IMG/VR virus record: IMGVR_UViG_3300045988_176782
Location: 96,001 to 160,000 of that record
Strand: one strand, 5' to 3'
Length of the DNA: 64,000 nucleotides
Origin: a virus
The notes under the pieces are model-generated. The model was given only the letters and a program-made list of their open reading frames with translations. It was not told the origin of the DNA and did not search any database. Both the position numbers and the translations under genes were made by a program. Positions 56,171 through 62,894 of this stretch are shown here, in pieces (position 1 is the stretch's first letter; the number at the start of each line of letters is the position of its first letter).

Positions 56171-56245
56171 TGCTCAATAGCTTAACGGTAGAGCAGCGAT
56201 TTCATAAGTCGTTAGATATAGGTTCAAATCCTATTTGAGCAACCA
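56171..56245 (+). tRNA. tRNA with CAT anticodon (Met or Ile2)
   Basis: Acceptor TGCTCAA/TTGAGCA, anticodon loop TTCATAA, T arm ATAGG-TTCAAAT-CCTAT, encoded CCA. Confidence 0.8.
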
Positions 56246-56372
56246 AGCGCTACACAGATTCCCACTAAACTACCACTGGCGTCTCAGACCCAATAGGAGA
56301 GCGGCGATATGTAGCTTGCGGAAGCGCTATATAAGAAGCGAAGTAAGTGGTGGGCGGTTTACCGCCCGATAT

Positions 56373-56446
56373 GCGGGTGTAGCTCAATGGTAGAATTCTA
56401 GCCTTCCAAGCTGGTTACGTGGGTTCGATTCCCATTACTCGCTCCA
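56373..56446 (+). tRNA. tRNA-Gly (TCC)
   Basis: Anticodon arm CTAGC-CTTCCAA-GCTGG, T arm GTGGG-TTCGATT-CCCAT, encoded CCA. Confidence 0.8.
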
Positions 56447-56709
56447 ATTGATTTCAAGTAGAACAAGTTAGCTTCTTGTGAAAGAAATCTGCGCTATGAC
56501 TACGGAAGACAGCGAGTCAGGGTTTGTAGAATTTTCCATACAATTCTACCGTGAACCAGTTCAATTACTGTTGCTCTGCTCTGCGACTGCGTGAAGGTCG
56601 GTTAAAAAGGTGAAGCGGGTTATTACTGCTTCCAAGAGGAGTAAGCGGGAGATGGGCGCAAAGTCTGCGGTGAGTCTAAATCCGTGCTAGCAAAATAGAC
56701 CAATATTAT
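56447..56709 (+). ncRNA. structured spacer RNA (~260 nt), unassigned
   Basis: No ORF; richer in G+C than surrounding DNA; hairpins incl. GTAGAATT/AATTCTAC (8 bp). Confidence 0.4.
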
Positions 56710-56784
56710 GGCTCCGTAGTCAAGCGGTTAAGACGCTGGGTTTTCATCCCAGAGACGCGAGTTCGACTCTCGCCGGAGCTACCA
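56710..56784 (+). tRNA. tRNA-Glu (TTC)
   Basis: Acceptor GGCTCCG/CGGAGCT, anticodon arm CTGGG-TTTTCAT-CCCAG, encoded CCA. Confidence 0.9.
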
Positions 56785-56789
56785 TAGTA

Positions 56790-56888
56790 AAGACACAGGT
56801 TAAACAGCAATACTTATAGTGGTTAATAAAATTTTTGTTGTATAAAATTTTTAATGGGTTCAAATCCCACAAAAGAACCCTGCGTCTT
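56790..56888 (+). repeat. hairpin-family element d (contains a T-arm-like GGGTTCAAATCCC)
   Basis: AAGAC ... GTCTT closing stem; box AAACAGCAATA; followed by GTTTTTT. Confidence 0.5.
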
Positions 56889-56895
56889 GTTTTTT

Positions 56896-56986
56896 GGAAA
56901 GGTGGCTGAGTTGGTTTAAAGTGACAGATTGCTAATCTGTTGAGGGATTTTCCCCTCCGGAGGTTCAAATCCTCTCCTTTCCGCCA
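56896..56986 (+). tRNA. tRNA-Ser (GCT), class II
   Basis: Acceptor GGAAAGG/CCTTTCC, anticodon arm ACAGA-TTGCTAA-TCTGT, long variable arm, encoded CCA. Confidence 0.9.
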
Positions 56987-56989
56987 TAT

Positions 56990-57068
56990 GTGCGCGAGTA
57001 ACCGAATTGGCATAGGTACTGGTCTAAGAAGCCAGGTTTTATGAGTTTAAGTCTCACCTTGCACACCA
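56990..57068 (+). tRNA. tRNA-like gene, apparent anticodon AAG, class-I body
   Basis: Acceptor GTGCGCG/CTTGCAC (one mismatch), anticodon arm CTGGT-CTAAGAA-GCCAG, atypical T loop TTTAAGT, A73, encoded CCA. Confidence 0.5.
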
Positions 57069-57071
57069 TTT

Positions 57072-57130
57072 AAGATACTAATAACGATTATTATTTTCTT
57101 TACAGTTTTTAAAGAACAAGAATGTGTCTT
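57072..57130 (+). repeat. hairpin-family element g
   Basis: AAGATAC ... GTGTCTT closing stem (one G:U). Confidence 0.45.
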
Positions 57131-57136
57131 GATTAT

Positions 57137-57211
57137 GGGGCAGTGACGCAATGGTAGCGTGTTAGCTTTGCAAGCTGAAAGTTGAGGGTTCAAATCCCTT
57201 CTGCTCCACCA
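57137..57211 (+). tRNA. tRNA-Ala (TGC)
   Basis: Acceptor GGGGCAG/CTGCTCC with G3:U70, anticodon arm TTAGC-TTTGCAA-GCTGA, A73, encoded CCA. Confidence 0.9.
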
Positions 57212-57331
57212 GACGTGCCAGTTTCTCCGATGGCCGTATAACTTAGAAATAAGTGAAGCAGAAAGTAGCTATTTTGCATCGGAAAGCAAGTCTCCTTATT
57301 CCTTGCCATACATAAAAGAATAAGGACGCGT

Positions 57332-57408
57332 GCGCTGATAGCCCAATTGGCAGAGGCAATAGACTTAGGATCTATTCAGTGAGAGTTCAAATCTCTCTTG
57401 GCGTACCA
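57332..57408 (+). tRNA. tRNA with anticodon TAG (reads CUA/CUG Leu codons) on a class-I body
   Basis: Anticodon arm ATAGA-CTTAGGA-TCTAT (perfect), 5-nt variable loop TCAGT, T arm GAGAG-TTCAAAT-CTCTC, A73, encoded CCA. Confidence 0.7.
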
Positions 57409-57411
57409 TTT

Positions 57412-57475
57412 AAGACAGTTACAGCAAATCCTCAAAAGATGCGATTGTTAAAATTACGTTATTATTTACTGTCTT
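57412..57475 (+). repeat. hairpin-family element e
   Basis: AAGACAGT ... ACTGTCTT 8-bp closing stem; box TTACAGCAAAT. Confidence 0.6.
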
Positions 57476-57482
57476 GCTATTT

Positions 57483-57546
57483 CGGGATATAGTGCGATGT
57501 GCTGATAACATGCAAGTCGCGGATTCAAATCCCGCCCCTGTAACCA
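57483..57546 (+). other. tRNA-like 3' fragment / long hairpin ending in CCA
   Basis: T-arm-like GCGGA-TTCAAAT-CCCGC and ...CCCTGTA-A-CCA, but no matching 5' acceptor strand; alternative long hairpin CGGGAT...ATCCCG with CTGATAA loop. Confidence 0.3.
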
Positions 57547-57547
57547 T

Positions 57548-57623
57548 CGGGGAATACGTCAATTGGCAGACGGCTTGCTTTGGGAGCAAGCAGCTCTCAG
57601 TTCAAATCTGAGTTCTCCGACCA
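57548..57623 (+). tRNA. tRNA-Pro (TGG)
   Basis: Acceptor CGGGGAA/TTCTCCG, anticodon arm CTTGC-TTTGGGA-GCAAG, encoded CCA. Confidence 0.9.
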
Positions 57624-57676
57624 GAGGAATTTATAATCCTTTTTCATAACAAATGGGAGAATTTCTCCCATCTCCT

Positions 57677-57747
57677 TGGCCGCAAGTAGAGAAATGTTAT
57701 CTCACCGTTTTAACGGAGTAGGCGGTTCAATTCCGCCCTCGGCCATT
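57677..57747 (+). other. tRNA-shaped RNA with a mini-hairpin in place of the anticodon arm
   Basis: D arm GAGA-AATGTTA-TCTC and T arm GGCGG-TTCAATT-CCGCC are clear; acceptor pairs 5 of 7; the anticodon position is CCGT-TTTA-ACGG (4-nt loop). Confidence 0.35.
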
Positions 57748-57876
57748 AGTCGCCCTGGCACAGGGAGAAATGTGTTGCTCGGTAGGAGGGCATCCGCGGA
57801 GAATATACTATCCTACACAAAACAAAATGGGACTGATGCAGGTCCCACTTATAAGGGGAAGTTCCCCTTTTAATAT

Positions 57877-57962
57877 GGAGGAGTGGCGGAATGACGAGAC
57901 GCAGTTGACTCAAAATCAACCACGAAGAAACACTGAGAGTTCAAATCTCTTCTCCTCTACCA
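57877..57962 (+). tRNA. tRNA-Leu (CAA), class II
   Basis: Acceptor GGAGGAG/CTCCTCT, anticodon arm GTTGA-CTCAAAA-TCAAC, long variable arm, A73, encoded CCA. Confidence 0.9.
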
Positions 57963-57968
57963 GGCCTT

Positions 57969-58042
57969 AAGACAGATCAGCAATTTATTTAGATGAATGC
58001 ATTTTTCACCTCCAAGGTAGGCTCTTGGTTGTATCCTGTCTT
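57969..58042 (+). repeat. hairpin-family element f
   Basis: AAGACAG ... CTGTCTT closing stem; box ATCAGCAATTT; followed by GTTTTT. Confidence 0.6.
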
Positions 58043-58071
58043 GTTTTTATTTCATATGAAAGGAACTAATT

Positions 58072-58311
58072 ATGATTAGAGCAAATATTGAATTAATTAC
58101 TGCTACTGACATGCGAAGTTTTATTTCTTGTGTTAATAGCGATGGCACCGCAGACAAGTATACTCTTGAGAATTTTGATGGCAGTTATCGTGCTGATGCA
58201 CGTTCTATGTTAGGTGTTGCCTACGCGACCGCGGAATTTGATAGTTTATTTCTTGTTAATAGAATTCATGATGGTGTTTTTCCAAAAGGTATTGATAAAT
58301 TTCGTAAGTGA
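58072..58311 (+). CDS. hypothetical protein
   Basis: ORF track; AAAGGAA SD. Confidence 0.5.
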   Translation: MIRANIELITATDMRSFISCVNSDGTADKYTLENFDGSYRADARSMLGVAYATAEFDSLFLVNRIHDGVFPKGIDKFRK

Positions 58312-58341
58312 AGTCGTAATGTAATATTACGACTTTATTTT
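58312..58341 (+). terminator. intrinsic terminator
   Basis: AGTCGTAAT / ATTACGACT hairpin then T-run. Confidence 0.8.
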
Positions 58342-58370
58342 TTGACAAAAGTAAATTTTTCTTTTATAAT
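58342..58370 (+). promoter_or_regulatory. sigma70/SigA-type promoter
   Basis: TTGACA-17-TATAAT. Confidence 0.7.
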
Positions 58371-58391
58371 AAAAGAAAAGGAGATAAAAAC

Positions 58392-58664
58392 ATGATAAAA
58401 AGTGTGCCTATTAAATATGAAGAAAGTATTGAAGTGCAACGTTTATTTCATAAGTATAATGCATTGCTTGCAGTTTTGGCTTATATGAATGATAATAGTT
58501 CTAAATATACAGATTTTTTAGATAAAAAAGTGAATGAAGCTACCGAGTTATATATTGAATTAGAACAAGCAAAAGATAAATATGGCATGCGATATAAGCC
58601 ACAAGGTGATTGGCAACATTATACTTTTGACTTTGATAATAATGTTATTATATATGAGGATTAA
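58392..58664 (+). CDS. hypothetical protein
   Basis: ORF track; AAGGAG SD. Confidence 0.5.
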   Translation: MIKSVPIKYEESIEVQRLFHKYNALLAVLAYMNDNSSKYTDFLDKKVNEATELYIELEQAKDKYGMRYKPQGDWQHYTFDFDNNVIIYED

Positions 58665-59969
58665 ATGAAAAAGTCTTATTTAGATTTAATTGCAACTTTA
58701 TATTCAGAACCTGATTTACGAAGTTGTAGAAACATTACCTTATAGGTTTGCGATGATTGCTGTTTAAAATGTTCATATTGCTATCAAATTCATAAAAGCC
58801 ACAATTATATGACAAAAGAGACTGCAAAAGCCATTATTGATTTACTATTTAGAATGTATGATGAAGATAAGCCAGACGCATTTATCAATCATACAACTCA
58901 TGGTATAATTCTTGATTTTATCGGTGGCGAGCCTCTAATGAACGTTGAAATTATGGAATTTGCTACTGAATACTTTATTGACCAATGTTTGCAAAAAAAT
59001 CACGAGTGGCTTTATAATTTTCGCACAAGTTTTGCAACAAATGGTATTCTTTATTTTGAACCAAAAGTATAGGCATATTTACAAAAATTTCACAATTTTA
59101 TTTCTATGACCGTTAGTATTGATGGCCCAAAAGAAATTCATGATATTTGCCGTCTTGACCGTGATGGTAATGGTAGTTTTGAACGAGCAAGTACCGCGGC
59201 GCACCATTATTGGGAATATTATGGAAAAGATGTCGGGGGACGAGATGAAACTAAAGTTACCATTGCTCCAGACAATTTATCTCAATTAAATAAAATTGTA
59301 GATTATTTCTTAAATGAAGGCGTTACAGTGATTAATGCCAATCCAGTTTATGAAGTAGAATGGACAGTAGAATAGGCAAAAATATATTATAATGAATTAA
59401 AAAAATTAGCAAATAAATTGTTATTAAATTTAGAAATTAAATGTAGTATTTTTGATAGCCATTAGAACGTCCCCTTGCCTATTAGTGATAATACGAACTG
59501 GTGCGGCGGTGATGGACATATGTTAGCTTTTGACCCGCACGGAAATGCTTATCCTTGTTTGAGATATATGGAAAGCTCTTTAGGTGGAGAAGTTGAGCCT
59601 TTAATTATTGGTGATACTAATGGTATTTATAATACGCCAGAAAGTCAAGAAATTAGGTGTAAACTTTGTACATTAACTCGTAGTAATTAGTCTACGGAAG
59701 AATGTACGCATTGTTCAATCGCCGCGGGCTGCTCTTGGTGCAGTGCTTGGAATTATCAGCAATTTAAAAAGATCGGTAAGCGTAGCACGAATATTTGTTG
59801 GATGCACCGAGCCGCAGCATTGGCCAATGTCTATTATTGGAATCTTAAATACCGTTTAGAAGAAAATGAAAAAAGATTCCCAATTTATCTTGAACAAAAA
59901 TATGCTTTGTAGATAATACCCTCTGAAGAATATGATTTGTTGCTTTCACTTTCTCAATGGGGAGAGTGA
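58665..59969 (+). CDS. radical SAM/SPASM enzyme (6 in-frame TAG)
   Basis: ATG 58665; one frame through TAG 58743, 59070, 59373, 59463, 59688, 59910 to TGA 59967, joining ORFs 58809.., 59106.., 59475..; CCLKCSYC (CxxxCxxC); C-terminal CTHCSIAAGCSWC. Confidence 0.75.
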
Positions 59970-59974
59970 TATTT

Positions 59975-60517
59975 ATGAGCTGGCTAAAAGGAGATAAAAT
60001 TACAGCAGAGGATTTCATTGCTATTAAAGAAAAAGTTAAAAACGAATTAGCTCGGCGAAATGCAGAAGGAAGTGTAGCAAACTATGCAACGAGCTATACT
60101 GATATGCCTGTATAGAAAGGGAAAATAAAAGTTAGCCATATTACAGAAATTGTTGAACCATTGAGTCATATTAATAATGTAGATTATGATTTAAATAAAC
60201 CAATTACAATAAAATCTTTAACTACAATTCAAACAATGTTAAATAGTTTAACCACAGCAGAAAAGGCTGCATCAACATTAGAAGCAACCGGGTGTAAAGC
60301 TTCCTGCACTGGTTTATGTTATACATCTTGTTCAGAAACGTGTCGTTCTTGTGGAGATAGTTGCAGTCAAAATTGTGATACTGGATGCAATTGGACTTGT
60401 AAAGGGTCATGCCGCAATACTTGTTCTGGACGCTGCAAAGGTAGCTGTGGAACTACTTGCCAATTGGGCTGTTCTAACAATTGCAAAGGAAGCAGTGTAG
60501 GTGGCTGTTCTGCATAA
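59975..60517 (+). CDS. protein with C-terminal CxxxC-repeat domain (1 in-frame TAG)
   Basis: ATG 59975, TAG 60113, continues into ORF 60161..60517; the last ~75 aa have Cys at nearly every 4th residue (CKASCTGLCYTSCSETCRSCGDSCSQNCDTGCNWTCKGSC...). Confidence 0.7.
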
Positions 60518-60754
60518 AATATACAGTAAATTAAATAAATATTAAGTGCTATAATGATCGAACAAAAATTTATTCCTTTAATAATTCAATATAATATATT
60601 CAATATATTAAATACTAAATTGCTTGTATTATTAGATTTGATTTTCCTAACCACAAAACCGTTGCTTTAGAATCTATTATAAAATAAGGCATAGAATAAT
60701 TTCCTAATTTTAACCTAAAACAAATTTAATCTAGGAGCTTCGTTGCTCCTACTT

Positions 60755-60828
60755 GCCGAAATAGCATAATGGTAGTGCAAGGCTCTTGTAAAGCTTAGAT
60801 TTCAGTTCAATTCTGAATTTCGGCTCCA
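60755..60828 (+). tRNA. tRNA-Thr (TGT)
   Basis: Acceptor GCCGAAA/TTTCGGC, anticodon arm AGGCT-CTTGTAA-AGCTT, T arm TTCAG-TTCAATT-CTGAA, encoded CCA. Confidence 0.9.
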
Positions 60829-61270
60829 TTTAACCAGACTGAGAGTTAGAGGTAAATACCTGCTCGTGATGATTTTAAATGTAATCATGAAAACCTCATA
60901 AAATATGGCACGCAGAGAGCTAGGCTCTACAATGGAAACGCTATACGAGATAGGAGACCCCTTACAGACGTAACAGTGTATGCCAAGATGCCGCGGCATA
61001 AGGTGCAATTCCTGAGTAATTGGTGTCGGCAAGTCCGAGCTGTTTTAAAGGAGCGGGCAGAGCGCAAAAATATGATGGGACAACTGCTTACCTCATATTT
61101 TGCTCAGTAGGCGGTCGTGCCGCAGGAAGGCCCACAGGTATGTGGAGTATAGCAAGTCGGGGAGTTAGATGCAAGCCAGAATTGGGTTAGAACCGACAGG
61201 GAGAATAATTCTCTAACAGAGTAAAGGTATGGATGCGGCAATGAGACGCGACCTTTACTCTTTTTATTTT
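60829..61270 (+). ncRNA. structured non-coding RNA (~440 nt), unassigned
   Basis: No ORF on the + strand; G+C-enriched; long-range pair GTTAGAG (60845) / CTCTAAC (61213); ends in terminator AGAGTAAAGGT...ACCTTTACTCT plus T-run; directly follows tRNA-Thr. Confidence 0.55.
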
Positions 61271-61275
61271 AAAAT

Positions 61276-61304
61276 TTGACTTTTCTAAAATTTTCTCCTA
61301 TAAT
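61276..61304 (+). promoter_or_regulatory. sigma70/SigA-type promoter
   Basis: TTGACT-17-TATAAT. Confidence 0.65.
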
Positions 61305-61365
61305 ATGTCTATAAAAGATAAGCAATAGCTCTATTGCTTCCAAAATGAAAAGGAGAAAAGAAAAC

Positions 61366-62853
61366 ATGAATAATCTACTAAATTCCCTAAAGCAAGAAAC
61401 CAACTATACCTACACCACCAATGGCGCAGTAGCGCACAAATCTACCCTAAACAAAGTCCTTGATCTATTTGCCCTTGGCGGCGCTTATCGTGTAAAGAGT
61501 GACAATGACGTTATTCTTCTCTTTAAAGAAGCATATGACGAGAATCCTGAACTCGCGCTAAAGTGCTTGTTCTTTATTCGTGATATTCGCGGCAATGGTT
61601 ATGGTGAACGTCGCTTTTTCCGTGTATGCCTTCATTGGCTTGCTACACAACATCCCGAAGTTGTGAAGCGAAATATTAACTATATTCCATTTGTTGGCCG
61701 TTATGACGACCTCTATGCTATAATGGATACTCCTTGTATGCTGGATGCTTTTACTTTCTTTGATCGCCAACTGCGACTTGATATGGAATGCCAAACTCCC
61801 AGTTTATGTGCAAAGTGGATTTGGTCAATGAATTGTTCTTCTGCCGAACATAAGAAATATGGTAAGGCACTTGCAGATTATATGCGTTTAACTCCTAAGC
61901 AATATCGTAAGATGCTTACTGGTTTGCGCGCGAAGATTAAGATTGTTGAAACTCTAATGTCTCAGAATCGTTGGGATGAAATTCAATTTGATAAATTACC
62001 TTCTAAGGCCGGCTTTAAGTATCGTAATGCTTTTGCAAAGAACGATTACACTAAAGAACGCTATGAAGCCTTTATGAAGTCTAAGACCACTAAGGTAAAT
62101 GCAAAAACCTTATTCCCCTATGAAGTCGTAAAGCAAGCTATTAACGCTGATTGGCAAGATGAACTAACCTGCAATACTCTTGAGAAGTATTGGGAGAATC
62201 TTGCTGACTATTTCAATAATGCTACTTTTAATGCTCTGGCCATTGTTGATACTTCTGGTTCTATGCGTAGTGGTGCTGCTTCCGCCGCGCCTATTGATGT
62301 GGCAATTTCTCTTGGTATGTATTGTGCGGAAAAAGCTAATGGTCCTTTTAAGAATCATTATATCAGTTTTTCCTCTAAGCCTCAATTGATTGAAATTAAG
62401 GGTGTCAATTTTGTTGACAAGGTTCAGCGTATTTACCAAACTAATCTTTGTGAAAATACTAACATTGAAGCTACTTTTGATCTTCTTTTAAATAATATTG
62501 TGAAGTATAATTTAAATGAAGAAGATATTCCAGAGTATCTTGTAATTATTTCCGATATGCAGTGGGACGAAGGGGTTTGTGAAATTCGCGGGCGATACTA
62601 TATGCCTGCGGCGAATCCTCAAACTTTAATTGACCAAATTAAAGAAAAGTGGAAAAGTGTCGGAATAAGGATGCCTAAATTAATTTTCTGGAATGTCAAC
62701 GCAAAACATCCTGTCATCCCTGCTCTTGATGGAAATTACAGTTATATCAGCGGCTTTAGCCCCGCGATTTTTGAACAAATTATGACCGGTAAAACCGGCG
62801 TAGAACTAATGCTTGAAGCACTAAGTTCTGAACGTTATAAAGACATTCATTAA
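61366..62853 (+). CDS. helical N-domain plus vWA protein (DUF2828-like; TROVE/Ro60-like layout?)
   Basis: ORF track frame 61345..; AAGGAG SD before ATG 61366; N-terminus TTNGAVAHKSTLNKVLDLFALGG; MIDAS-like VDTSGSM. Confidence 0.7.
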   Translation: MNNLLNSLKQETNYTYTTNGAVAHKSTLNKVLDLFALGGAYRVKSDNDVILLFKEAYDENPELALKCLFFIRDIRGNGYGERRFFRVCLHWLATQHPEVVKRNINYIPFVGRYDDLYAIMDTPCMLDAFTFFDRQLRLDMECQTPSLCAKWIWSMNCSSAEHKKYGKALADYMRLTPKQYRKMLTGLRAKIKIVETLMSQNRWDEIQFDKLPSKAGFKYRNAFAKNDYTKERYEAFMKSKTTKVNAKTLFPYEVVKQAINADWQDELTCNTLEKYWENLADYFNNATFNALAIVDTSGSMRSGAASAAPIDVAISLGMYCAEKANGPFKNHYISFSSKPQLIEIKGVNFVDKVQRIYQTNLCENTNIEATFDLLLNNIVKYNLNEEDIPEYLVIISDMQWDEGVCEIRGRYYMPAANPQTLIDQIKEKWKSVGIRMPKLIFWNVNAKHPVIPALDGNYSYISGFSPAIFEQIMTGKTGVELMLEALSSERYKDIH

Positions 62854-62879
62854 GAGAGCTTAGGCTCTCTTATTTTTTT
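62852..62879 (+). terminator. intrinsic terminator
   Basis: AAGAGAGC-TTAG-GCTCTCTT then T-run. Confidence 0.85.
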
Positions 62880-62894
62880 AGGTGGTGAAACTTT

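Noticed and set aside
56744-57970. ORFs 56744..57013(-), 57676..57873 and 57770..57970
   Set aside because: They run straight through well-folded tRNA genes (Glu, Ser, Leu) and the structured spacers, so they are chance open frames.
47889-58042. Possible CRISPR array formed by the repeated AAGAC...GTCTTG elements
   Set aside because: The elements are hairpins whose arms differ between copies. They have irregular lengths and spacing and are separated by tRNA genes. There are no identical direct repeats with unique spacers.
60802-61032. Minus-strand ORF 60802..61032
   Set aside because: It overlaps tRNA-Thr and the structured RNA and has no translation signals.
60829-61270. RNase P RNA, suggested by AAGTCCGAGC, which resembles the conserved GAAAGTCCGGGC segment
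   Set aside because: I could not find the complementary P4 3' strand (ACAGAA..CGGCTTA-like) or other universally conserved RNase P blocks in the right order. A covariance-model scan would be decisive.
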